Notes: generated by a model from the sequence alone, not told the origin. Shown: positions 39,943 through 56,806, counted from the stretch's first letter. The stretch: 64,000 bases of DNA from Octopus vulgaris (GCA_951406725.2 OX597829.1:24304001-24368000); one strand, 5' to 3'. Made by a program: numbers and translations.

Positions 39943-40236
39943 TGTGGGATGACGTCAGCAGCTGGACGTCAGCAGCCGGGTGCGTTGACCGGAAGCTGGG
40001 GCAACCGGAAGGGGTCAGCCATCAGGTGTGTGCAGGGAGCGGGGAATTGCGCCCTTTCCAACGTGGGTCGTGGAGGTGACAAGATGTGTGAGGACGTCGC
40101 TAAGGGTTTGGGCTAGCAGCTGCTATCATTAGTGTTCGGGTCGGGGCTGTGTGGAAGGACTAGTCACCATTGGAGGGTCTCCGTCACTAAGAAGAGAAGG
40201 TAGGTGCCTCTATATTCAAATCGCGCACACACTACA
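39943..40236 (+). repeat. 3' LTR
   Basis: About 4 substitutions plus a 14-bp tandem duplication relative to the 5' LTR; preceded by a weak purine-rich tract. Confidence 0.95.
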
Positions 40237-40867
40237 GATTTAGAAGCTTAAGGACCCTCCATATGGTCAGAGATTTAGGGACATCCTAATCGAGAAATTT
40301 AATGAGAGGTAGGAGGAGCTACAGACTTGTGACATAGAGGGCAACTGGGAATTCTTGTGGGAAAGCTTGCAGAGAGTCATAGACCATATCTGCAGCTGGT
40401 ACAAAGTCCCATCAAGACCTAGGGTGATGTGGTCCATTAGAGCAAAGAAACAGGCCTAGAAGGCCTTGAAGACTGTGGGTGGCGGGGAACTGTATCAGAT
40501 AGCAAGAAGGGAAGCTAAGAGACAGGTATGTCTAGCCAAAGGCGGAGCAGAAAAAAAGTTTGCTTATGTTCAGCAACATGAAGACCAAAGACTTGAATTG
40601 TTTCAGATTGCAAGACAGCGTGTGAGAGAAAATTGTGATGTCATAGGAGAGAAATGTATCAGCATGGATGAGGGTGCACTTGCATTTAATGCTTTTGCAA
40701 AGAAAGAGGCTTGGAGATGCCATTATGGAAGACTGCTGAATGTGGAGAATGAACAGGTGGCAGAGAGTCTACCAAATATGGACCAAATTGACAGTACCTT
40801 GATAGCTAAAACAATTAAGGGTATGAAGACAGGAAAAGCCCCACACCCATCAGGAGTCACCACAGAG
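40237..40867 (+). pseudogene. RTE LINE continuation; 40237-40718 duplicates 35880-36361
   Basis: Direct alignment at offset 4357; continues AWRCHYGRLLNVEN..MKTGKAPHPSG. Confidence 0.9.
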
Positions 40868-42247
40868 TTAGTATGGTTAAGACTGTAATTTGTGAATGTG
40901 TGTTTAACTGCATGTAGGCATCTAGGTAATTGTTCCATATATCTATTTGTAATACACTCCTTTGTTAACAATATTGAGAGTGAATCTTCAGAACATAGGT
41001 GGCATTTCCAGTATAATGTGTTGTAGGGACTCGCATGTCTGATTGTAGACCAGGTCATATATTGCCTTCGCTTCCTTGAGCCTCCAGATAAAATCAGCCA
41101 GTGATGTTACATGCCATTTATACACCATTTTTGAACATATCTGCTGAGGCTCTGATATATACATAGGGGCTTCCTCTAGTGTTTACAGTGCACTTATATA
41201 TCACATTTTTGGTCATATATTGATTGTCCAAAGGACATTTGGATTTGTCTCTGCATGAGCATAACTGGTTGTTTTTTTGGGTTTTTTTTTTCGTGCTGTG
41301 AGCATTAGGTGAATTGGTTCTGTTCAGTATATTTGCGGTTACTGTTATCCTTTTATTATCTCTATTTCTGGGTGTATTAGTGCTGTTGTTTGAATTGTTG
41401 GTGGTGTGATTTGTTGGCTGGTTATTGTTGATAATGTAGCTGTTTTTTCTCAGTTGGTTGGTATTGTAGTTTGAGTTATTATCACTTTGATGCATTATTA
41501 GTTTGTATTAGCAGTGCCTCTAGGTTGGTTATATGAGTTATGGCCAATTTTTACAGGTTTATTTTGAGTGTAGTCTGTTTATTGTCTCAGTTTACGATTG
41601 CTAATCCTATGGATGTGGTGCTCTATATTTGAGGAATTAGCATAGGACAGTTTTGTAGTGTGACACTTGAATATTTTACTGTACATGCAACCTTTAGGGA
41701 AGCAGCAATCGAGTGCAGTGAAAAATTGCTTTGCAATCTTGGATGAGATGTTTGAACCCCTGATTGGGTCATACCAAGGGACATCATGGTTTTTATATTT
41801 TCTTTTAGGTCTGTTTGTTCAGGTATTTGGAGTAGCATTGAGATTTTGTGGTGTTAGGTGTTTAATTTGTTGTCTGTTACTAGTTTTCTCTAACTCATAG
41901 TCGGTTCCTATGTATCTAGGTATAGTTAGTTTTTCTTACGGTTAGGGATTCTATTGTCTAGGTTTTTAACTTTATGTGTGTAGTTAGTATTGTGTTTGTT
42001 AAGGTTGTTATAATGATTCATAAGGTTGTTATAATTATTCATTGAGTTATTAGAGTTATTATTATTATTATTATTACTACTACTACAAGGGGTGGATTGG
42101 ATTTTCCCATGGTACTCAGCCTTAGATAGGGCTGTGTTATAATAATGTGCGTGTTTCTTGAATATATTTTCGTTGGTGGATAATCTAGATATTCAAGCTG
42201 AGATATTTTTAACTAGCCCACTAATTATTGATGGTGGATGATTAGAT
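40868..42247 (-). pseudogene. Penelope-like element (RT C-terminus, linker, GIY-YIG endonuclease), decayed
   Basis: SNHPPSII..ISRLSTNENIFKKHAHYYNTAL; CSCRDKSKCPLD..NVIYKCTV..YVYI; WSTIRHASPY..CHLC..CLH. Confidence 0.85.
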
Positions 42248-42414
42248 GATTAAACGATGATCTAATGATTAGGTGATTAGACATTAAACGATGGTGATGA
42301 TAATGATATATATATATATCACTATGTGTGACTAAGGATATTCAACTACCTACATTGCTAGAATAAGAGTTAAAATACTCTTAATGCTGCAAGAAGAGTG
42401 CAGATTATAGTAAA

Positions 42415-42781
42415 CTAGCAGTATCGCCCGGCGTTGCTCAGGTTTGTAAGGGAAATAACTATAAAGCATTTTTAGAGAGTTATAGCCAAAAAATAGCAAA
42501 AAAATGGGAAAAAATGATGGTAAATTTTTTTTTGATAGTTAAAAAAGGTGGAGTTGCGTCCCCTACACAGTTTGTGGTTTGTGTTCCTGATTCTCGACCC
42601 CATGTCGAATTTATCGATTTTTTTCAGAACTGGGGGAACTTTTCAAAATTTTCGCTGCGTTAGTTTTGAATTATGACATTGGGCTGTGTGTGTCAAGTTT
42701 CATCAGAATCGGTTGAAAGCCGTGGTCAGGGTGAGGGTACAAGCAAACAGACACACAGAAACACGCACAGACAAACAGAGA
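42415..42781 (-). mobile_element. Non-autonomous Helitron sharing its 3' end with 15404-15918
   Basis: ctagcagtatcgcccggcgttgctc..gtttgtaagggaaataactata shared; minus strand starts A|TC. Confidence 0.8.
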
Positions 42782-42833
42782 TACATATATGCTGGCAGAC
42801 AGAATTAGCCAACCATGAGCCGTTTGAGCAGTC

Positions 42834-42880
42834 ACCACTGATGAAGTCTATGGTATAGACAAAACTAGGCCTTGTCTGGT
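42834..42880 (+). ncRNA. Type I hammerhead ribozyme with G12A lesion
   Basis: ACCA CTGATGA A GTCTA tggta TAGAC AAAAC TAGGCCTT GTC TGGT: canonical CUGAUGA, GUC triplet, near-palindromic stem III. Confidence 0.7.
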
Positions 42881-43214
42881 TGATCCTCGACACAGTCATG
42901 GGGTGTTTACCTCCCCTATCAGCATATATATAAATATCTGCACTTTTCTTACAGCAGTAAGAGTATTTTAACTCTTATTTCTAGCAATGTAGGTGCTTCG
43001 GCACCCTTAGTCCCAGTGATGATTGAATTTTTTCTTTTATGGTATCACATTGTGCCTAGCTGTTATATATATATACACACACACGTGTGTGTGTGGTGTA
43101 TAATTTATTTTAATGAAACTGAAACTTTCAGTTTGTCTAGTGACTTGAGTTTCAAGGCGTTATGATTTTTGGGTGAGTATCTATGTCAATTTAGTCATGA
43201 GTCTACCTGTCTTT

Positions 43215-43282
<68 letters not shown>

Positions 43283-43713
43283 TTATTTATTTATCTATCT
43301 ATAACTATCTATCTGTCTGTCAGTCTGTCTGCCTGTCTGTCTCTCTCTCTCTCTCTCACTCTAGACATGTGTGTGTGTGTGTGTGTGTGTGTATACACAG
43401 AGAAAACCAGCCCTGTGAGTATTTAGTTCTAAGGGGCTGGTCCAAATCATGTTTTACTTTGAATAGTATGTTGTTGGTATATTCTAGAGTGTCTGACAAG
43501 TCGTAAATCCTCTTGGTGTATTATAATCAAATGAATAATAATGCGTAATGGATAATTGTCAGCTCATTACAACTGTTTCCTATGTATCTTTTTAATAGAA
43601 AAATGAGAACATTATTCCAATACAAAAAACTGTAATCATCAGGTGAGACATAACTGTCTGTTGCATTATTCCACACCGATGTTGATTGATGCCTTGATTC
43701 CTCCCTACTCATA

Positions 43714-44223
43714 TTGGGTTGACCGGAAAAGAAAGAAAAAGGTCAATAAATACCTGCCATCACATTTTTAATCAACCAAATATGAACCAGTTTGTTGCAC
43801 AATGCATCTCCATCTTTCCTTTAACTTGAAAATACCCTCTTCCCTGAATTGAGGGGGTTTCATGGCAAAGAATTCATCAAGGAATTGAAATTTTTACCAT
43901 TAAGACTATTCTGCAGAGACTTAAATACGTGGAAATCCGAAGGAGCAACATCTGGTGAATATGGAGGGTGGGGTAACACATCCCAGCCGAGCTGCAGCAA
44001 TTTTTGTCTGGTTCCCAAAGCATCAAGTGCCGAAAATGAACTTGCTTATCTTCCATTTTAAAAGCTTACAGAATTAACACAGGTTATAGGAACATAAGTC
44101 TTCTTCCACAAAAAGATAGCTTAAACTGTACTCTAAATGGAGGTATAGTCAAATCCTATTTTATGAACTATTTAATGAAAGGTAAGCTACTATAAATCGG
44201 CACAAACTTTCCGGACAACCCAA
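43714..44223 (-). mobile_element. Internally deleted mariner transposon
   Basis: TA TSD, TIRs ttgggttgaccggaaa / tttccggacaacccaa, transposase motifs PHPPYSPDVAPSDFHVFKSLQN and ERWRCIVQQTGSY. Confidence 0.9.
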
Positions 44224-44799
44224 TAATTACAAAAGAAGAAAAGGCATTGCAGGAAATTGCTCCAGGGAATGTTGAATTTTCTGCCATAGTAAAACAGTTC
44301 TTTCTGGCTACCTAGGTTAGCATTGGTTAATGACATTTGGAAATTGGTCCTTACAGAATTCTTCTTGCATACTCACACACATAGTACAAAAATAAAAATA
44401 AAGAAAAGAAAAATAGTACAAAAATAAGTGAAGAGAAGGTAAACAAAAAAACAAAGAAACAAACAAGGTGTATTTGGTTGATGCTCAGAAGTACTGGAAG
44501 AAGTCTTTATCGTTTTGAGCATATTCTCTTCTAAATAAAAGATAGATGAGGAAGGAAATACACAGAGAGGAAAGAACAACCGCGTCTCAATTAGACAGTC
44601 ACCACATATGTACAAAGGACTTCTTTCAGTTTCTATCTACCAAACCACATGCAAGTATTGGTTGGCCTGAGGCTATAACAGAAGAAACTTGCCCAAGGTG
44701 CCACGCAGTGGGAATGAACCTAGAACCATGTGGTTGGAAAGCAAGCTTCTTAACCATGCAGCTAAATCCACAGATATGACGATATATATAAAAAAAAAA

Positions 44800-45122
44800 A
44801 GACTCCGCCGGTTACGACGACGAGGGTCCCAGCTGATACGATCAACGGAACAGCTTGCTCGTGAAATTAACGTGCAAATGGCTGAGCATTCCACAGACAC
44901 GTGTACCCTTAACGTAGTTCTCGGGGATAATCAGCGTGACACAGAGAGTGACAAGGCTGACCCTTTGAAATACAAGTACAACTCATTTTTGCCAGCTGAG
45001 TGGACTGGAGCAACGTGAAATAAAGTGTCTTGCTCAAGGACACAACGCGTCACCGGGAATCGAACTCACAACCTTACGATCATGAGTCGAATGCCCTAAC
45101 CACTAAGCCACGCGACCTCACA
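44800..45122 (-). mobile_element. Full-length tRNA-derived SINE (related copies near 47710, 53180, 59835)
   Basis: Head gtggcttagtggttagggc..gagttcgattcccgg with A and B boxes; CpGs retained. Confidence 0.85.
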
Positions 45123-46305
45123 CGATATATATAAAAAGCACAATGTTCATGTTTGGATTTTTTGTTATTAACGTTTTTTTATTATTTCAAATTTCTTCTT
45201 AATGTTTAATTTGGAACACCAACTTTCCTAAATCCATTAATCTAACATTTCAAGACCTTCAAATCTCATTCTTCACGAAAAACTGGCATAAATGTGTGTA
45301 GTTCACATGTCACAGTAACAACAAGGAGCCATGACAACTCACTACGAACAGTACATTAAATATTAAAACTAGATGGAAAATACATCATCTGTTGACGGTT
45401 CTGTAGTTTCATGTAGAATTCCAGAAAATATGAGAAGAATAATCACGAAAGCTCCTCTATAGTGAAATACAAACCTGTTTTTATAGTCTTATAAGTGGAT
45501 TTCCTAGACCAAGGCCACTCTTTCTTTCTAAGAATTCTTGTCTTCCTTGGCATTTTATAGGTCATCTCTTTGCAACTTGACATCACAAAAGAATCAATTA
45601 TCTGTTAAAATGACAAGTCAGTGTTAGTTTCCTTTTTGCATAATTTAGATGACAATTTATTCACTGCACCTTGTATATAAGAGTGAACGGACAAATATTA
45701 GAGGCATTCAACATAATTCTTTCCTTCTTTTATTCTTTCATTTATTTCAGTCATTTGACTGTGGCCATGATGGAGCACTGCTTTGGAGGATTGACCCCAG
45801 GACTTTTTTTTTAAGCCTAGTACTTATTCTATTAGTCTCTTTGCCGAACTGTTAAGTTACAGGGATGTAAACACACCAACATCAGTTGTCAGAGGTGATA
45901 GGGGGACACAGACACTCAAACAGACACACACACACACATATAGTGAGAATTTACAAAAGAACAAAAGACAAAGACAGGTGTGTAAACAACAAACAGATGT
46001 ATTAGTTTAATACTCGGGAAGTGAGAAAGTCTTTTACATTTCAAGCCTATATATGACGGGCTTCTTTCAGTTTCTATCTAAGAAATCTACTCACAAGGCT
46101 TTGTTCAGCTCAAGGCTATAATAGAAGATACTTACCTAAGGTGCCATGCAGTGGGACTGAACCTGAAACCATGTGGTTGGGAAGCAAGCTTCTTACCACA
46201 CAGCCACACTTGTTATTTATTTAATAACTTTTTGATTCAGTTCCATACAACTTAAAGTTTCATGAGCTCAAAAAACGACCCTAGCTTTCCAGGCTTAGAT
46301 AACTA

Positions 46306-46336
<31 letters not shown>

Positions 46337-47317
46337 TGTATGTATGTATGTATGTATGTATGTATGTATGAATGTATGTATGTATGTGACACAAGGCAAC
46401 TAAATTTCTTGATATCATAAATCAGTTTGATTAATTCTGCTTTGTTATGAAGTCTTTTCTGTTATATTCTCTTTCCCTGTCTGTTGGTCACAGCCTACTC
46501 ACCTTCTTTCCCCTAGTTGCTAGTTTTTTAAAGTGATTTAAATCAAAGCTTTCCATCAAAATTTCAAGTTAATTCCTGTTGCAAAAACTGGCTTAATAAT
46601 TACAAAGTTATCTTATTAAATTATTCTTCTTTATTTTAAAAATGAATTGAGACAAAGGCAGTATTTTTCAACAGAAGAGTTAAGTTCTTTTTAGCTCTAA
46701 TCACTGCCCTTTCACACTCAGACAATCGTTTTTGTTTGGTGCAACAAGGAAATAACTTGTGTGAAAGACTGATATTAAACTAGGGCATGACTGCGCCCCT
46801 TTTTTCTCTTGCTCTCTAAATATTTCACCTTTACTTAATCATTCATTATCTATTTCTCATACACACACACACACACACACACACACATGCACCCAAACAT
46901 ACTCATACCCACAGACACACATTCACACAAACACCTGGTCACACGACTGCAAACTTGAATTTGCCAGCAGCAACAGCAGTGACTATTTCTTCCTGATTGT
47001 GTGACCCATCTACAATAATGAGGTTGATCACTGAAAAGGCCAATCCTCGTGAGAAAAAGGCCGAAACAAAGAGAACAAGGAAACATAGGTTTGGTTGTTG
47101 CTATTGTGACTGCTGCTGCTGCTGTTGTTGTTGTTGTTGTTGGCGGTGGTGGTGTGGTTGTTGTTGTTAAGCAACAAGACGGGTAAGGGTGATTAGGTGA
47201 TGGTCTACGGCTTAGAGGCGGGAAACCCCAGACCTTGGAAAAAAAAAACTTTGGTCATCTTGTTGTAGTTGAGGGCTCTTCGTTGACGCCCGACGTCACT
47301 GAGAGGTGGCCCTCGAA

Positions 47318-50794
<3,477 letters not shown>

Positions 50795-50819
50795 TAATAA
50801 TGATAATAATAATAATAAT

Positions 50820-51245
50820 ATTTGCAATCTTAAAAAGGTTGATTGATGGAAATTGAAAGTGACATTACCACCAGAATATGTTATTCAGAGTAGATCAGAA
50901 AAGATTCTATGAAGAAATAAATGGAGGATGTACAGATGAAAAGTTGATACCAGACAACATTGAAAGTCAAAGGTTTTGGAGCAACATCTGGAGCAAAGAC
51001 AAGGGGCACAAGAAGGATGCTGAATGGTTGCAAGAATTGAAACAAACAATAGTCTGTCCAAAACAGGCAGAACTAGTCATTTCAGTTAAGGAAGTGAAAG
51101 AAATCAGCAAAATAATTAGCAACTGGAAGGCCCCAGAACCAAATGGAGTTCAAGGCTACTGAATCAAAACATTTGGTGAATGTCATGCACAAATAGCTGC
51201 ACAACTCAACACCTTGTAAAATGCCAACCAAGCAGCACCAGAGCG
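50820..51245 (+). pseudogene. R4/Dong-like ORF fragment upstream of RT
   Basis: NMLFRVDQKRFYEEIN..FWSNIWS..AEWL..NWKAPEPNGVQGY; follows (TAA)n. Confidence 0.8.
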
Positions 51246-52199
51246 ATTGATTGGAATGTTGAGCGATTACTTGGAAAAAGCATGGCTGACGATATGTGCA
51301 TCTCTGATCATGAGCAGAAGTAGTTGGGGAGCATCATAGCCGTGTGTTGAGAGGAATTCTTGGAAGTTTGGATAATTCACCTTTGGAAACATGGGTGGTT
51401 CGTTCAACATCCTTAAACAATCCTTATTCAGGAACCTCTTGAGAAGGATGGGCTACTCAACCAGAAGAAGATTTTAACTGGACCCCACCTGCAAGGTCAT
51501 GTGCTGTTTATCTTGATATGAGATCACCATGTCGCACACATTTGGTTGTGATGCATGTGCCTGGTGTACCCTTGTAAGACGGGTGGTCATGATAGGTATA
51601 CTGGGCTTCATATATTTTACCCCAGTGTCACTTTGATGGCATGCACTGCTCTCTCACTCAATAACAACAACAACAACAACAATAATAATATAGACAAATG
51701 GCTGAGGGAGATTGAAATAGAATGTCCTGTAGAGCTCCTACAGAAATTTTGTCTCGTCTCTTAGGAACAGCAAGGATTTTCAGGAGGGTTCTAAGAACTT
51801 GAAAGACTGCTGAAAACTTGTGTATACCGAAGGTTACCTGCTATCCACATAATCCCTACCAGGAGTAAGACCAAACCTGAGACAAACCAAAATGATGATA
51901 ATAATGATGATGATTTCTTTATTGAATACAAAGGGTTTACATTAAGAAAAACATTATAGATAATTCAAGACAATATAATGTGTGTGTGTATATGTGTGTG
52001 AGTGTGTCTTGTTGTGAGGGTTTTGTGTGTAAACAAGATTAACATAATGGAGAAAAAAAATTCAACAATGTATCATCCTCAATAGGGAGGAGAGGTTCAA
52101 GGGCTGCTCATGAAAAAAAAACTCATAAAACCATAGGTGCACTCACTTTGGGGCAGGTGCCATTTCTCCTTTCCTTTTCTCCATCTACAGGCATATACT

Positions 52200-52560
52200 C
52201 AGGGCAGACTCAGTCACTCGCACCATTCTCACCACTTTGATCCACCATTCAATAAACTGACCAAAAGGTAACACTCTCTACTCTTATTTTTGTCTTCAAG
52301 TGAAACTTGAAAAAGTTGATCAGGGTTTGGCCAAAGAGAAAAGTGTTTGTCTTCAACCCCTTTAGTCCCATCCATCATACAACCTCTTTCGCCATGGCCA
52401 CCAATCATATAAAGACAGCCTGCCCTTCCTGGTTAAGGGAAGGCTGAAGGGTGACCTTAATAATGGATTCTGTTGACATATGACTGCAGGTGTTCGACAT
52501 AAGCCCACTAGTCTGCAACGCTCAGTCACTGGATGAGTGCATGCAGGACTGTCTAGTCCT
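52200..52560 (-). pseudogene. Old Tx1/L1-like 3' remnant
   Basis: Minus strand LINFFKFHLKTKIRVE..FIEWWIKVVRM resembles Tx1 ORF2 C-termini. Confidence 0.45.
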
Positions 52561-54609
52561 TCATGCATCATGGGCACTGTTAATTTCTGATGAAACAGGT
52601 AGTCTAGTGGCTAGAGAGTTGGGTGTCCTAAACATAAGGTCATAGGTTCAATTCTGGAACCAGGTGGCACAGGTAATTTGTTTCAAATTTCTCCAGTGCA
52701 GTCAGCTTAAAATGAGTACCAGCCAACTGCTTGAACAGCCCCAAGCTTCTCTCTCCAGCCCTAACATACGAAGTCTTTTTAATTTCATGTCTGTTTGTGA
52801 CAACATCAGCACCTAAAACATTTAGTGAAAGTGTAGTACAAGCAATCTGGTCATGTTCACTCAGGAGTGATGGTTATGTCAAACTTTCTGTTAATAGTGA
52901 CAGCACTGTAAAAATGATGAATATTTAGTTCACTGTGCTCATTTGAGCAGATCATGTTGATCATGTGTTCAACAAACCTTCATCATATCACCCCATTAAA
53001 TACTCGTTATTAACATTTTAATAGAGAGCTTTTAATGTTGTTAACAGAATTGCTTGAAATAGTAATAAGATTTCCCTTAAACCACACCTTATTGTCATAT
53101 AAAGTGAGGGACTCATTGAATTATGTAGTCTTAAATACATTATTCCTTAATCAAAAGATGAAATAATAAATAAATAATAAATATGCCCTTTTAAAGCCTA
53201 ACCAGGCTCATGGGCCCAGTTTCCCGGTTTCAATGGCGTATGTGTTCCCCAGCTGGATGGGACGCCCGTCCATCGCAGCATTACTCATTTTTGCCAGCTG
53301 AGTGGACTGGAGCAACATGAAATGAAATGTTTTGCTCAAGAACACAACGCGTCACCCAGTACAGGAATCGAAACCACAATCTTACGATCATGATACTGAC
53401 ACCCTAACCACTAAGCTACGCACCTCCACAATCAAAAGATGGCTGACAATAAACTAAAGCTGGAACAACTTTGATTATAGCTCTATGAAGTCAAGGCTGA
53501 TGTGGAACTAAACAGCAACAACACAATATTTGTGGAAGAAACTACCTGTTCTATGGCGATTGCAAGCAGTAAAAAATGTAATAATAATGATGTATATATT
53601 AGAATTAATGAGTTTATGTAAGCTTTCTGGTTTATTTTAGTCTATTATCCCTCTCTGTCAACCAACACACACCTATTTTATTTTTCTTCAAATAATCTTA
53701 TATTTTCTGTAGTTTTGTAGAGTCCTTTTAATCATAATTCTTTACTGCTAAGATGTTTCTTTCTTTTTCTACAATCACCTTTCTCATTTCTACAATTCTG
53801 TTACTTTGCACCCTAATATCTAACTTTTACCTTGTTCACTAACATCCCCATCCTGTATCCTAACTTCCTCTATCTTAACTCATTCTTATCTCACTTCCTG
53901 TTACCTCATTCCCTCTTACTTAATTCCCTGATACCTACTTCTGTTACCTCATTTATTAAACATGTAATTTCACTTTCTGTTAATTTACTCTCTCTTAATA
54001 TATTCAGCAACACCTACTTCCTGTTAGCACATTTCTGTTATTTTAGCCATTCATTTACATATGATATATAACTTGATTATTATGTGTGAATAACATATTT
54101 TGAACAAAAAGTTGCTATTGTCAAGTACCAAGCCAGGATTCATTGATTACTCTTATACATCAGAAATTTGACCAACACAACTATTTCTTATTAGTCATGT
54201 ATTTAAGACTACATTTTCAATGTGTCTTTTCATTTTTGTAATATTAGAGTTTCATTTGAGGATGCTTTGATTGCTATTTTTAGCAAGTTGATGGAAGAAG
54301 TGAAGATTTCCTTCTTGACACGTACAAATATTCCCTGTTAGCACCACTAAACCAATATGTCCTGAAATTGTCCATATTTCATAATTATGACATAACAGAA
54401 TTTAAGAAAAAATCTGGGCATTAGAATTTCTAGAGTATTTCCATAAATATGCCACTCATAGACTATTGATACTGAGGTAAAAAGATGAACACAATGCAGG
54501 TTTCTGAATCCACAAGGGGGTGGAGATATATATACTCCAAGATAGTTCTCCACACCTTTGCAAAAGTCAGCTCTGAAATTCATTAGTCAAGTAATGCAAC
54601 TGTATATAT

Positions 54610-55020
54610 CAGTGAACTACACTACACTGTGGTACCTACTTACAGCTAAGTAGACTGGACTATTGACAGTTAAATGTGTTGATCTTGGACACAGTACAGT
54701 GAGCTATACCACACTGTGGTACCAACTTACAGCTAGGTAGACTGGACTGTTGACAGTGAAGTGTGTTGGTCATGGACACAGTACAGTGAACTATACCACA
54801 CTGTAGTACCTACTTACAGTTTGATAGACTGAACTGTTAACGGTTAAGTGTGTTGGTCATTGACACAGTACAGTATGCTATATCACACTGCGGTACCTAC
54901 TCATAGTTAAATAGACTGGACTATTGGCAGTTAAGTGTGTTGGTCATGGACAGAGTAAAGTGAACCATACCACACTGTGGTACCTACTTGTAGCCAGGCA
55001 GACTGGACTGTTAACAGTTT
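54610..55020. repeat. 87-bp minisatellite, about 4.7 diverged copies
   Basis: Unit starts at 54610, 54697, 54784, 54871 and 54958. Confidence 0.9.
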
Positions 55021-55411
55021 AGTCAGCAAAGTGAACTGGAGCTGCAGTCCATCTAAAATTATTTATATTCCTTGTGTATTGATTAGTGGTGAAATACACC
55101 ATGCAAACCATATTTAGCCAAGTAATATTTCATCTTAATTGTAACTCAACCCCAATTTTTTATTCCCTAACCCACTACTATCTTACTGTCTTTTATATTT
55201 TCTTATATTTTCTTCTATAATGCTTCCTCACAGTTATGTTCCTCCTGTGTGTTTTTTTTTAATTTCTTACGTTGTTCATGAGAAAATATGGAATATTCCT
55301 CTAGGACTCTTTTCCCCATTGTTTTCATTTGAATACACTTAACCTACCCATTGACCTTTTCTGTTGCACTGTCCTTATCCTCTCTCTCATATTCACCTTG
55401 TACCTTGACCA

Positions 55412-55450
<39 letters not shown>

Positions 55451-56805
55451 TACTCCCCCTCTCACCCCCTCTCTCTCTTCAGCAAGATGCTTGCTTCTGT
55501 CCCTTAGTAATACTTTTATATCCCCCAAAACTATGCCCCACTCAGTTGAAGAGTCTTCTCTTGCAAGTACTTAATGACATCATCAGTCCTGCTGCCATAA
55601 AAAAAAAAGCACCCAGTATGCTTTATGAAGTGGTTGTATTAGGAAGGGCATCAACTAGTAGAAACCTTGCCAAAGCAGTTTTTGGGGCTCAGCATTGCCA
55701 TCTGGTTCATCAATTCACATGAAACCATCCAACCAATGCCAGCATGGAAAAAGGCATGTTAAAGATGATGATGATTAAATGCATTCTTTGTATTTTACTC
55801 ATTTACATCCATTTCTTTTGTTTATTTGCTGTATATTTTCTTTAAACAAATATCTTTTATAATTCAGCTCTGAAACAATTAACTTTTGTGGATTTTCTTA
55901 ATGTGGTGAGCTTATCAAAAACTAATTATAAATAATTAATTGGTAAGGAATAATTGATATTATTTGGTGACTAATTATATTTTGATTATTCCATTATTAT
56001 GAGAGACATCTTCTCTTGTATCAAACTTCATCAGTAAAGTATAAATGGCACTGATATTGCCAAAGCAGTGATCACAGAAATACAAAATTGATATACAATA
56101 TTATACACATGAAGTAAATCATTTCCTATATTATTAGCCTGGAATCAATACCTTAGTCTAGATTTTTCCTATATATCCCATTCTATCATTCTTGGCATTA
56201 GTACAAAGAAATTTATGAGCCAACTGTCATACTTAGGTAAGTTCTATCATTTAACTTAATATCTTTAGGTTAAATTCAGTTCAACAGAGGTAAACTCATT
56301 TACTTTGAATTGTTCTCCAGCCTACTTTCAGTTTTCCAACATATATAAATTGAAACTTCTCTCTAAATATTTTAGGATAGTTAGTTTTCACTTTTAAACA
56401 CCTATAACCAATACAAATATTAGTTTCAAATTTTGGCACAAAGCTAGCAATTTCAGGGCTGGGGTAAGTTGATTACATCACCCTTAATGTTTAACTGGTA
56501 CTTATTTTATCAACCCTGAAAGGGTGAAACAAAGTCAACTCAGAACGTAAAGACAGATGAAACACCACTAAGCATTTTGGGATCTTTACCTTTTGACCTA
56601 CAGATTTAAAAAATAATTTTTTGTAACTAAACACTTTCAAACTTTGGACACTGGTAGAATGTGTCATATAAAATATCTTTTACTCTTAGCATTTTTGAGA
56701 AAAACTTATATTTATGAAGTTATTTCCCGTTAAAGTTCTCGTATTTCGGTAATTTCAACCAATCAATGACGTGTATTCAACTGAATAAAATTCCTGCTGT
56801 TGTTT

Positions 56806-56806
56806 G

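Larger units (their letters stand above)
36362..40236 (+). mobile_element. Gypsy/Ty3 LTR retrotransposon, near full length
   Basis: TG..CA LTRs; gag-PR-RT-RH-IN order; GC- and CpG-rich relative to the host. Confidence 0.95.
42325..43020. repeat. Penelope pseudo-LTR-like inverted repeat (about 42348-42405 / 42936-42994) interrupted by a Helitron
   Basis: cctacattgctagaataagagttaaaatactctta..gtgcagat versus atctgcac..taagagtattttaactcttatttctagcaatgtagg. Confidence 0.7.

Noticed and set aside
45040-45122. tRNA gene
   Set aside because: The tRNA-like head continues into a SINE body and has many diverged copies; same for 62324-62390
52770-52812. Possible 43-nt minus-strand exon (tttag..gtatgt)
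   Set aside because: Its open frame does not join the favoured frame of 47255-47404; too short to support without RNA data
54347-54583. 78-aa minus-strand ORF in unique sequence
   Set aside because: No domain similarity or convincing donor site
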